DNA of 64,000 bases from an uncultured Arcobacter sp. (GTDB lineage: Bacteria; Campylobacterota; Campylobacteria; Campylobacterales; Arcobacteraceae): assembly GCA_965140705.1 (NCBI GenBank), contig OZ223300.1:1696001-1760000 (forward strand). The letters run 5' to 3'. The position numbers and the translations under genes were made by a program. The notes beneath the pieces were generated by a model. It made no database searches. It was not told the origin of the DNA and worked only from the letters and a program-made list of their open reading frames with translations. Below, piece by piece: positions 29,316 to 38,720 of the stretch. How positions within the stretch are numbered: position 1 is the stretch's first letter; each line of letters opens with the position of its first letter.

Positions 29316-29836
29316 TGTTTGAACACTTAATAATTATCCTAATGGGAATAGTATTTTTAATAATACTTCCTATTATGTCTACAATCAAATATTGGAACTA
29401 TAAACCATATATGAAATATGCACTTTCTTTAATATGGATATCATATATTGTAATAGCGTATGAAGTCTTTTTCCCAAGAGAGAGTTATTATATAAATAAC
29501 CTAAATAAATTTTCAAATATTGAATTTAGTAAAGAGATAAAAGTAACAAAAAAATACACTTCATTTTTAAATATAGAAGGTGAATACTCTTCTTGTGCAA
29601 TATTTGAAATACCAGATAAAGATAAAGTACTACTAAATAAGCTAAAAGAAGAGAAACCCACCACTTTACCAAATATGAACAACAAATGCTCTAACATGAT
29701 AAATAAAGAGTTTAAAAATAATAATCTAGTAACTTTTAAATCAATTGATGAAAAAAATTATAGACAATGGGGTTTTCTGAAAAACTCCAATAAAGCCTTT
29801 GTTTATTACAAATCATTTGGAATGACAAATAAATAA
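29315..29836 (+). CDS. Hypothetical membrane protein
   Basis: Two N-terminal TM helices; TAATG coupling to moeA. Confidence 0.65.
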   Translation: MFEHLIIILMGIVFLIILPIMSTIKYWNYKPYMKYALSLIWISYIVIAYEVFFPRESYYINNLNKFSNIEFSKEIKVTKKYTSFLNIEGEYSSCAIFEIPDKDKVLLNKLKEEKPTTLPNMNNKCSNMINKEFKNNNLVTFKSIDEKNYRQWGFLKNSNKAFVYYKSFGMTNK

Positions 29837-29852
29837 TATTATAGTAAGATAT

Positions 29853-29885
29853 TGATACTTTTTTGATACAAATAAAAAGTACAAT
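29853..29885 (+). promoter_or_regulatory. TGATAC-N5-TGATAC box plus -10 element, copy 1 (sensor kinase)
   Basis: TGATAC at 29853 and 29864; TACAAT 10 nt downstream; ATG 31 nt later. Confidence 0.75.
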
Positions 29886-29916
29886 AACTTATTAAAATAA
29901 AGAGACCTAATACACT

Positions 29917-32874
29917 ATGAAAAGCATTCTACTAATTTTTCTTTTTCTTTCTTTTGCATATTCTCAAGAATTGCAAAAAATAAAACTACAATTACAATGG
30001 AAACACCAATTTGAATTTGCAGGTTTTTATGCAGCAAAACAACAAGGTTATTATAAAAAATATGGTCTTGATGTAGATTTCATTGAATTTAATTCAAAAA
30101 TGGACATTGTAAACGAAGTACTTAAGGGTAATGCAGATTATGGACTTACATATTCAACTTTGATTGCTGATTATATGAAAGGTGCCCCTATTGTATTTGT
30201 AGCAAACTTCTTTAAACAATCTCCCTTAGTACTAGTTACACAAAAAAACATTCATACTCCTGCTGATATAAAAGGGAAAAAAATAATGGGATTACTTGAT
30301 GGTACCCATAAACAAATTATATTAACAATGTTAGATAAATTTAATATAACAGAAAATGATTTTACAAATGTTACACGAAAATTTAGCATTAAAAGTTTTA
30401 TTAATAAAGAAGTTGATGCATTAAGTGTTTTTACAACTAATGAAATATATACATTAGATAAATTAGGTATTCCATACAATATTTTAGATCCTGCCGTATT
30501 TGGAACAAAATTTTATGATCTGAATCTTTTTACCACTAAAAGTGAATTACAAAATCATCCTAATCGCGTTAAAAACTTTAGAAAAGCTTCTATTGAAGGT
30601 TGGGAATATGCACTAAAACACAAAGAAGAGATTATAAATCTTATTATAAAAAAATACAATACTCAAAATAAGACAAAAGAAGCTTTACTCTTTGAAGCAA
30701 ATCAAATCGAATATTTAATGTTAACTAATGTTTACCCTATTGGAAGTATTGATTTAGAAAGAGTAGAAGTTATTGCTGATAGTTTTAGTCAATCAATGCA
30801 TATACCAAAAGTGACAAAAGAAGAATTAGAGTCTTTTATATATAAAATAAAAGGTGACACTCTTGAATTAACAACAAAACAAAAAGAGTATCTTCAACAA
30901 AAGAAAGTTTTAAAACTTTGTGTTGATCCAGAGTGGATGCCTTTGGAAAGAATTGAAGATGGAAAACATATTGGAATGGCAGCAGATTTCATTCAATTAA
31001 TTTCAAAAAAAATCAATACACCTATAAAACTCATAAAAACTAATAGTTGGTCAGAAACTTTAGATAAAGCTAAAAAAAGGGAGTGTGATATTTTGTCACT
31101 AGCAGGAAAAACTCCTTCAAGAAAAAAATACCTTGACTTCACTACACCTTATATCAAAATACCCTTAGTTGTTGCAACAAAAACAGGAGTTCCTTTTTCA
31201 GACAATTTAAATAAGCTTCAAAACAAACCTTTGGGAGTTGTAAAGGGTTATTCTATTTATGAATTATTAAAAGCAAAATATCCAAATATTAACTTAGTTG
31301 AAGTAGCGTCTGTAAAAGAAGGTTTGGAGTTTATTGAACAAGAAAAGATCTTTGGATTATTAGATAATTCAATAGTAATTAATGATACAATTCAAAGAGA
31401 TTATTTACATGATAAGATCAGTATTACAGGCCAGTTTCCTGAGAATTTTCAATTAAGTATTGCTTCAAGAAATGATGAGCCGATTTTGCATAATATTTTA
31501 GAAAAAGCTCTTTTGTCAATTAATAAAAAAACAAAAGATAAAATTATAACAAAATGGACTAATCTAAAATATCAAGTAAAAACAAACTATCAATTAATTG
31601 TACAAATAATATTTATAACTCTTGTTTTAATTAGTATTTTTATCTATTGGAATTTAAAACTTAAAGATGAGATAAAAAAGAAAGAAATCGCTAAAAAGAA
31701 GTTGCAAGAAAGTGAAGAAAAATTTCGAACACTTTTCGATGTAGCACCAATACTTTTAAATGCTTTTAATGAAAATGGAAAAGTGATTTTATGGAATAAA
31801 GAGTGTGAAAAAGTTTTTGGTTGGAAAAAAGAAGATATACTAAAAGTCGAAAACCCATTAGCTATATTTTATCCAAAAAAAGAAGATCAAGAAAAAGTTT
31901 TAGATTCTTTGAAAAAAGTTCAATACAATATTTACCGAGAATGGCACCCAAAAACAAAAAATGGGAATACTCTTATTACTATGTGGGCAAATATTAAATT
32001 ACCAAATAATGAAGTTATAAATTTAGGATATGATATTACAAAACAAAGAGCATATGAGAGTTCATTAAGCCAAAAAACAAAACAACTTGCAGCTGCTAAA
32101 AAACAATTAGAAGAGTTAAATAACTCTCTTGAAGAAAAAATAAAACTTGAAATTGAAAAAAGTACAAAACATCAAATGATTTTAATGCACCAAAGTAAGT
32201 TAGCACAAATGGGAGAGATGATTGAAAACATTGCCCACCAGTGGAGACAACCTCTAGCACAAATCAACTCATCTGTACTTCTTATTGATGCTGTTCTATC
32301 ACAAAATAGTTTTGAAGATAGTACTATTGAGAATAAATTATTAGAAATAGAGTCTTTAACTTCTTATATGTCTAAAACTATTGATGATTTTAAAAATTTC
32401 TTCAATCCAAATAAAAAAAAGAGTATTTTTAAAATTGAAAGTGCAATTGAAAAAGCATACGATGTAGTAAAAGGCTCTTTAAATATTCACCAAATAAAAA
32501 TCACAAAAAATATTAATAAAGACTTGAAATGTAAAAGTTATCTAAATGAACTTCAACAAGTAATCTTAACCCTATTAAATAATGCAATAGATGCCTTAGT
32601 TATTATGAATATAAAAGCACCTGAAATAATTATAAATGCTTATGAAAGAGACAATAATATTATTATAACCGTAGAAGATAATGCTTTAGGTATAGATAAA
32701 GCTTTATTAGAAAAGATTTTTATACCTTACTTTACTACAAAACATAAATCACAAGGTACAGGATTAGGTTTGTATATGGCTAAATTAATTATTGAAGATG
32801 GATTAAATGGAAAATTAAAAGTGGAAAATAAAAAACATGGTGCATGTTTTATAATAGAAATTGAAAAGGAATAA
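29917..32874 (+). CDS. Sensor histidine kinase (NMT1/THI5-like + PBPb periplasmic domains, TM, PAS, HisKA, HATPase)
   Basis: LQWKHQFEFAGFYAA; CVDPEWMP; WNKECEKVFGW; IAHQWRQPL; NNAIDA, DNALGI, YFTTK, GTGLGLY. Confidence 0.93.
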   Translation: MKSILLIFLFLSFAYSQELQKIKLQLQWKHQFEFAGFYAAKQQGYYKKYGLDVDFIEFNSKMDIVNEVLKGNADYGLTYSTLIADYMKGAPIVFVANFFKQSPLVLVTQKNIHTPADIKGKKIMGLLDGTHKQIILTMLDKFNITENDFTNVTRKFSIKSFINKEVDALSVFTTNEIYTLDKLGIPYNILDPAVFGTKFYDLNLFTTKSELQNHPNRVKNFRKASIEGWEYALKHKEEIINLIIKKYNTQNKTKEALLFEANQIEYLMLTNVYPIGSIDLERVEVIADSFSQSMHIPKVTKEELESFIYKIKGDTLELTTKQKEYLQQKKVLKLCVDPEWMPLERIEDGKHIGMAADFIQLISKKINTPIKLIKTNSWSETLDKAKKRECDILSLAGKTPSRKKYLDFTTPYIKIPLVVATKTGVPFSDNLNKLQNKPLGVVKGYSIYELLKAKYPNINLVEVASVKEGLEFIEQEKIFGLLDNSIVINDTIQRDYLHDKISITGQFPENFQLSIASRNDEPILHNILEKALLSINKKTKDKIITKWTNLKYQVKTNYQLIVQIIFITLVLISIFIYWNLKLKDEIKKKEIAKKKLQESEEKFRTLFDVAPILLNAFNENGKVILWNKECEKVFGWKKEDILKVENPLAIFYPKKEDQEKVLDSLKKVQYNIYREWHPKTKNGNTLITMWANIKLPNNEVINLGYDITKQRAYESSLSQKTKQLAAAKKQLEELNNSLEEKIKLEIEKSTKHQMILMHQSKLAQMGEMIENIAHQWRQPLAQINSSVLLIDAVLSQNSFEDSTIENKLLEIESLTSYMSKTIDDFKNFFNPNKKKSIFKIESAIEKAYDVVKGSLNIHQIKITKNINKDLKCKSYLNELQQVILTLLNNAIDALVIMNIKAPEIIINAYERDNNIIITVEDNALGIDKALLEKIFIPYFTTKHKSQGTGLGLYMAKLIIEDGLNGKLKVENKKHGACFIIEIEKE

Positions 32875-32877
32875 ATA

Positions 32878-33567
32878 ATGATTGAAGAAATATATCCCTA
32901 TAAAGTATTATTTGTTGAAGATGAAGAAATTTTAAGAAAAAACTATACAACATATTTGAAAATGCTTTTCAAAGAAGTATATGAAGCAAAAGATGGAGAA
33001 ATAGCATATAAAATCTATAAAGAAGAAAAACCAGATATTATGATTATAGATATACACTTGCCTAAATTAAATGGAATAGATTTATTAAAGAAGATTAGAG
33101 AAAATGACCATTCAACAAAAGCAATTATGTTAACAGCGCATACGGATAAATCATTTTTAATAGATGCTGCTGCATTAAAACTTACAAAATATCTTGTAAA
33201 ACCAATTTCTAGAAAAGAGTTAAAAAATGCACTAAATGAGTCCATTGAGGAACTAAATAAATATGATATATTGCCAATAAAAAAGATAGAATTAAAAAAT
33301 AATTATATGTGGAATACAGAACTTCAAGAATTAAAAAATGACAATAAAACTATTGAACTTACAAGTAAAGAAAAAAAAATATTGACTCTTTTATTCTCTC
33401 GCAAAGACAAAGTATTTTCTTATGATGAAATTTTTGATTACTTTTGGATGGAAGAAGAATCTTTTACTTTAAATAGTTTAAAAAATTTAATAAAAAGATT
33501 AAGAAAAAAATTACCAGAAGATACTATTATAAACCAATTTAATGAAGGATATAAAATCATTTTTTAG
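32878..33567 (+). CDS. OmpR/PhoB-family response regulator
   Basis: FVEDE, IIDIHLP, MLTA, YLVKP receiver; LTSKE...IKRLRKKL...GYK winged helix. Confidence 0.93.
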   Translation: MIEEIYPYKVLFVEDEEILRKNYTTYLKMLFKEVYEAKDGEIAYKIYKEEKPDIMIIDIHLPKLNGIDLLKKIRENDHSTKAIMLTAHTDKSFLIDAAALKLTKYLVKPISRKELKNALNESIEELNKYDILPIKKIELKNNYMWNTELQELKNDNKTIELTSKEKKILTLLFSRKDKVFSYDEIFDYFWMEEESFTLNSLKNLIKRLRKKLPEDTIINQFNEGYKIIF

Positions 33568-34201
33568 AAATTCGATATTTAACTAATATTGCTACCCAAA
33601 TATTTACACATATCATATATATAAGGGGAACATTGATAAAAATATCGTTGTTTCTAAAAAAGTATTCATAAAAAGATATATAAATAGAATGAATAACAAA
33701 ACTAAAAAATATAAAAACTCCACTTAAAAAGAAAAGAGAAGAAGCTCTATCAAATAATCTAAATTTTGATGATGAATTAAACCAAAATAACCAAGCAAAT
33801 ATCATTGAAAATAAGACATAAAATAGAGCAAATACAATAAGTTTTGTTTTTAAATCATAATATACATAAGTAAATAAACTATGACTAATAAAAACAACTA
33901 CAATAGGAATCACGTATCTGCTATGCCATTGTGCATCCAAATTTAATAAAGCCCTTATTGCTATGTACAAACTAATTGCAGCTGATATTAATAAAGTATT
34001 TGCAATTACAATGGATAAAAAGTCAGGAATTTGATTTCTTAAAATAATCAGTACAAATCCTACAAAATAAAAACTTGCATAAAAAGTTAAAAACTTTAAA
34101 CTTCTATTATTGGGACTTTGTATATACCTAATCAATATATAAACTGCAAGAACAAAAAGGATAAATATACTTATAATAAAAACTATTTTTAAATCCAACA
34201 A
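33557..34201 (-). CDS. Multi-pass membrane protein resembling the sensor region of membrane diguanylate cyclases, no catalytic domain
   Basis: About 7 hydrophobic helices; LRNQIPDFLSIVIANTLL; TTG start. Confidence 0.65.
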   Translation of the reverse strand: MLDLKIVFIISIFILFVLAVYILIRYIQSPNNRSLKFLTFYASFYFVGFVLIILRNQIPDFLSIVIANTLLISAAISLYIAIRALLNLDAQWHSRYVIPIVVVFISHSLFTYVYYDLKTKLIVFALFYVLFSMIFAWLFWFNSSSKFRLFDRASSLFFLSGVFIFFSFVIHSIYISFYEYFFRNNDIFINVPLIYMICVNIWVAILVKYRISKK

Positions 34202-34299
34202 AAAAACCTACCATTTGAAATTATATAAAGATTTATATTCTATCTAAACTAAATAAAGAAAAGAAAGTGATAATTATAAAATTGTAAAATTTAAAATTA

Positions 34300-34332
34300 T
34301 GATACTGCCTTGATACTTTTATTTATTACTAT
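34300..34332 (+). promoter_or_regulatory. TGATAC-N5-TGATAC box plus -10 element, copy 2 (diguanylate cyclase)
   Basis: TGATAC at 34300 and 34311; TACTAT 10 nt downstream; ATG 31 nt later. Confidence 0.75.
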
Positions 34333-34363
34333 TCCCAATAAATTATTTATTTAAGGAAAACCC

Positions 34364-36118
34364 ATGAATAAAATTATTCATAGATTACTATTAAGAGGAA
34401 AACAAATTTCTCTTAAAGCAACCGTATTATCATTATTTTTTTTTGTGACAATCATAATTACAATATTATTAATATCACAGCTTTTTTACTTTAGTCAAAA
34501 ATTATCATATGAAAGTATTAATACTAAAATCAATACTTTAGTAAACAATATACAAACGTCTATAAAAACTAATAATGAAATAAATAAAAATATAGTTTCA
34601 TTATTAAGTACAAATGTTGAGACATCAATTCCTTTTTATACAAATATATTAAAAAATAACCCATCTTTGTATTCACTATATAAAGGTTACAAAGATGGTA
34701 GTTTTTATGAAATAATAAATCTTGATATACATAAATCTTTGAAAAAAATATATAAAGCATCTCCAAAGGATAAATGGCTTTTAATAAAAGTAAAAGGCTA
34801 TATACAAAATAAAAAAGAAGTCATATTATTAAATAGCAATTTAAAGATTACTAACTCAAAAGTTGAAAATAATAGTTATAACCCTACTCTTAGACCTTGG
34901 TATATTGAAGCATCAAAAAGTGATAAAATCATAAAAACTCAACCTTATGATTTTTCTAATATTCCCGAAAAGGGAATAACTTATGCCAAAGAAATTAATA
35001 AAAGCAAAGATGTAGTTGCTATTGATGTGTTGGTTTATGATATTCAATCTGTACTAAATAATCTAATCAATCAAGATTATATGGAAGCTTATTTATTTAA
35101 AGAAAATGGATTTATAATCTCTTCATCAAAAAAAGAAAATATATTAATTAATAGTTTTTTAAAACAAAAACGTAAATTATCTGAATTTAAAACACCCAAA
35201 GTTATTAATATAAATAATAAAAAATATATTCTTCAGATTATTCCACTTCAAGGAATAAACTCAAAAGACTATGTTGCTCTTTTTGCAAAAAATGCCCAAG
35301 TTATAGCACCTTATAAAAAAGAAGTTTATACAATAATTGTATATTTCTTAATTAGTTTATTTATAATAATTCCTTTACTTATTTATTTTTCGAATATTAT
35401 TGTAAAACCTATTTATAAATTGGTTGAAGCTAGCCAAAAAGTAAAAAATAGAGAATTTAACTCTATTACAAAAATTAATAGTCCTGTTTTAGAAATTGAA
35501 CTACTTTCCACTTCTATAAAAGATATGTCAAATTCTATTTATTCTTATCAACACTCCCTTGAAGAGAAAGTCAAACAAAGAACAAAAGAGTTAATATCAA
35601 AAAATGAAGAACTCCATAGGTTATCTATAACAGATAAATTAACTGGTTTGTATAACAGAGTACAACTTGATAAAACTCTACATCTTGAAGTAACTAAAAG
35701 TCTAACTTCTCAAAACAATTTTTGCATTTTACTAATTGATATTGATTTTTTTAAAAAAGTTAATGACAATTATGGACATCAAATAGGAGATGAAGTATTA
35801 GTTGAAACTGCAAATATATTAAAAAATAATATTAGAAAAAGTGATATTTTAGGCCGATGGGGAGGAGAAGAGTTTTTAATTATATCTCCCAAGTTAAAAA
35901 TTGAAGATGCCATAATTTTAAGTAATAAACTAAGAGAAGCTGTAGAAAAACATACTTTTTTAAATTATCCTAAAAAAGTAACTATTAGTTTAGGGTTAGC
36001 AAACTTTTATAAAGGTCTAATTAAAACAGAAGAAATTTTAGCCAATGCAGATAAGGCATTGTATGAAGCAAAACAAAAGGGAAGAAATCAAGTAAAAATT
36101 TTCAAAAATAACTACTAG
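34364..36118 (+). CDS. Diguanylate cyclase (Cache-HAMP-GGDEF)
   Basis: YNPTLRPWY Cache motif; TM-HAMP; TDKLTGLYNR, DIDFFKKVNDNYGHQIGD, RKSD I-site, RWGGEEF, ADKALYEAK. Confidence 0.94.
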   Translation: MNKIIHRLLLRGKQISLKATVLSLFFFVTIIITILLISQLFYFSQKLSYESINTKINTLVNNIQTSIKTNNEINKNIVSLLSTNVETSIPFYTNILKNNPSLYSLYKGYKDGSFYEIINLDIHKSLKKIYKASPKDKWLLIKVKGYIQNKKEVILLNSNLKITNSKVENNSYNPTLRPWYIEASKSDKIIKTQPYDFSNIPEKGITYAKEINKSKDVVAIDVLVYDIQSVLNNLINQDYMEAYLFKENGFIISSSKKENILINSFLKQKRKLSEFKTPKVININNKKYILQIIPLQGINSKDYVALFAKNAQVIAPYKKEVYTIIVYFLISLFIIIPLLIYFSNIIVKPIYKLVEASQKVKNREFNSITKINSPVLEIELLSTSIKDMSNSIYSYQHSLEEKVKQRTKELISKNEELHRLSITDKLTGLYNRVQLDKTLHLEVTKSLTSQNNFCILLIDIDFFKKVNDNYGHQIGDEVLVETANILKNNIRKSDILGRWGGEEFLIISPKLKIEDAIILSNKLREAVEKHTFLNYPKKVTISLGLANFYKGLIKTEEILANADKALYEAKQKGRNQVKIFKNNY

Positions 36119-36128
36119 TTTTATTTTT

Positions 36129-36161
36129 TGATACTTCTGTGATACATCTTATTATTAAAAT
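36129..36161 (+). promoter_or_regulatory. TGATAC-N5-TGATAC box plus -10 element, copy 3 (T1SS operon)
   Basis: TGATAC at 36129 and 36140; TAAAAT 10 nt downstream; ATG 27 nt later. Confidence 0.75.
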
Positions 36162-36188
36162 ACCTATTATAAAATGAAAAGGTAGTTT

Positions 36189-37736
36189 ATGAGAGAGATT
36201 AAGAGAAAAAAGCTATTTAGCATAATAGTAGCAAGTAGCATAGTAGTATTTAGTACTAATTTGTGTGCATTAAATCTAAAACAGAGTGTATCAAAGGTAA
36301 TAGATACAAATCCAATAGTTAAAGAGAGAATAAATAACTATAGAGCCACTCAACAAGATTTAAAAATTGCCGAATCGGAATATTTGCCAAGAGTTGATTT
36401 TAGAACAGGGGTTGGTTATAAAAATGCTGGAAAACTAAATAATGAAATCAGAGATGTAAATTATGATTATTATGAAAATTCTTTAAAACTAACGCAAAAT
36501 TTATTTAATGGCTTTGATACAACTCATAAAGTTGATTATCAAGAAGCAAGAGTACTAGCAGCAGCTTATCATTACTTAGAGAAAGCAAATGATATAAGTT
36601 TTAGAATGGTTGAAGCATATATCAATGTATTGAAAAACTATAAACTATTACAAAATGCTAAAGATAATGTTGAATTCCATGAGCAAATGTTTGAAAACAT
36701 TAAAAACTTATATAATTCAGGATTAGATAGAGAATCTTCTATTTCAAAAGTAAAAGCAGGATTAGCACTTGCTAGAACAAATTATATTGCACAAAAAAAT
36801 AATACAAAAGATGCAGAATTTAAATTTGCTAGAATTTATGGTAAACACCCAAACGTCACTCAAATGGAAATACCTACTATTAATGTAAAAATGCCTGAAT
36901 CAATACAAAGAGCAACAATGTATGCAATGAAAAACAATCCTTCTATTCTTGTAAGTAATTACAATATTAAAGGGGCACAGGCTTTATATAAAAAATCTAA
37001 AAGTGGTTATTATCCAAAAATAGATTTTGAAATCGAACAACTTTATAATGACTATCACAGATCAGATAATGGCTTTGATGAACCAGATGATAGATTTAGA
37101 GTTGGTTTTGTACTAAATTGGAATTTATACAAAGGTGGTGCAGATAGTGCTGAGAAACAAAAAGCAATAAGCAAAGTACATCAAGAAGTACAAATTCAAC
37201 AAGATTTAAAACGACAAGTAATAGAAGGATTACAATTATCTTGGTCTGCTTATGAAAATATCAAAGAACAAATTAAACAACTAAAAATTTACAACGAATA
37301 TAGTGAAACTACAAGAACCAGTTATCAAGAAGAGTACAACTTAGGTAAAAGAACACTTCTTGACCTTATAACTTCTCAAAATGATGTAATTAATTCAAGA
37401 GCACAAATGATTCAAGCCCAAAGTGAATATACCTTTGCTCAATATAGACTTTTAGATGCAATGGGATTATTAGTTACTGTTGTGATGGGAGATCAATCAA
37501 GTTATGAAAATGCAGTAAATATCAATACAGATAAGATGAAATATGAACTTGATACTTTACCTATAAAGTTAGATGCTGACAATGACATGATTACAAATAA
37601 TCTTGATATTTGTGATGGTTCATCTGATGAAAAAATCATGCCATTTGGTTGTCAAAAAGAGATAAATGATCCAAATAAAGATATCTATTTAAAAGCACTT
37701 AAAAATAATTCAACTTTTAACAAAGGAACAAAATAA
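36189..37736 (+). CDS. TolC/LapE-family T1SS outer membrane protein
   Basis: Signal peptide; YLPRVD, LTQNLFNGF, YYPKID, WNLYKGG, GKRTLLDL. Confidence 0.92.
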   Translation: MREIKRKKLFSIIVASSIVVFSTNLCALNLKQSVSKVIDTNPIVKERINNYRATQQDLKIAESEYLPRVDFRTGVGYKNAGKLNNEIRDVNYDYYENSLKLTQNLFNGFDTTHKVDYQEARVLAAAYHYLEKANDISFRMVEAYINVLKNYKLLQNAKDNVEFHEQMFENIKNLYNSGLDRESSISKVKAGLALARTNYIAQKNNTKDAEFKFARIYGKHPNVTQMEIPTINVKMPESIQRATMYAMKNNPSILVSNYNIKGAQALYKKSKSGYYPKIDFEIEQLYNDYHRSDNGFDEPDDRFRVGFVLNWNLYKGGADSAEKQKAISKVHQEVQIQQDLKRQVIEGLQLSWSAYENIKEQIKQLKIYNEYSETTRTSYQEEYNLGKRTLLDLITSQNDVINSRAQMIQAQSEYTFAQYRLLDAMGLLVTVVMGDQSSYENAVNINTDKMKYELDTLPIKLDADNDMITNNLDICDGSSDEKIMPFGCQKEINDPNKDIYLKALKNNSTFNKGTK

Positions 37737-38710
37737 TGAAAAAACTAGCATTACTACTTTTTACAACAGCACTGTGTTTTGCTGGGGTTTATGATTATCC
37801 ATATTTAATAAATTCAAAAGAAAAATACAAAGATAGTGTTATAAATAAAGAGCTTATGTATGGAGATTTTCAAGCAATAATTAGATTCAAACCTATTTAT
37901 TTTAATCCAAGTACCAATACTATAACCAATGATTCTAAAAATTATTTAGATGAGATTGTAAAAACTTACAAAAAATATGCAAATAAAACAACAATTGTAA
38001 CTATTATTGGGCATACAGATAGAGTTCAAACAAAAACTGAAAAAGTAAATCAGTCATGGTGGTATCCAACTTACCCAAATGATTTAACACAGAAGTCAAG
38101 TGAAAAACTTGCCCTTTCCTATGCTAATTATGTTCAAGATCAACTATTAAATAAAGGTATTCATAAAAATAATATTCTTATTGAACAAAGAGGCGGTTTA
38201 GATAACTTATATACAAGTGAAACAAAAGAAGGTAGAGATTTAAACTATAGAGCTATGGTTACATTATATGTTAAAAAAGATTTAAATGCAGATAGTGATG
38301 GTGATGGAGTTATAGATAGTAAAGATAAATGCCCAATGACACCAAAAGGCCATAAAGTAAATGTTAATGGCTGTTCTACAATATTAAATCTAACAATCAA
38401 TTATGATGTTGCTTCATATAATATTACAAAAGATTCAAGTGAAAAATTAAAAACACTAGTTGATTTTATGAAAAAGAATAAAAAGTATAAAGTAGTTCTA
38501 TATGGTTATACAAGTAACGAAGGAAGTAATTTAAAAAATCAAATACTTTCAGAAAAAAGAGCATTAAGTATTCGAAAATATTTAATCAAACAAGGAATTA
38601 TCTCTTCTAGAATAGCTACTTATGGTAAATCTTCTTCAGAACCTATAGCATCAAATGAGACAAAAGAAGGAAGAGAAAAAAATAGAAGAGTTGAAGTACA
38701 ACTATATTAA
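37736..38710 (+). CDS. OmpA-family peptidoglycan-binding protein (two OmpA-like domains, Asp-rich linker)
   Basis: IIGHTD...GRDLNYR; DSDGDGVIDSKDKCP; YGYTS...LSEKRA...GREKNRRVE. Confidence 0.9.
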   Translation: MKKLALLLFTTALCFAGVYDYPYLINSKEKYKDSVINKELMYGDFQAIIRFKPIYFNPSTNTITNDSKNYLDEIVKTYKKYANKTTIVTIIGHTDRVQTKTEKVNQSWWYPTYPNDLTQKSSEKLALSYANYVQDQLLNKGIHKNNILIEQRGGLDNLYTSETKEGRDLNYRAMVTLYVKKDLNADSDGDGVIDSKDKCPMTPKGHKVNVNGCSTILNLTINYDVASYNITKDSSEKLKTLVDFMKKNKKYKVVLYGYTSNEGSNLKNQILSEKRALSIRKYLIKQGIISSRIATYGKSSSEPIASNETKEGREKNRRVEVQLY

Positions 38711-38720
38711 TGGATAAAAG

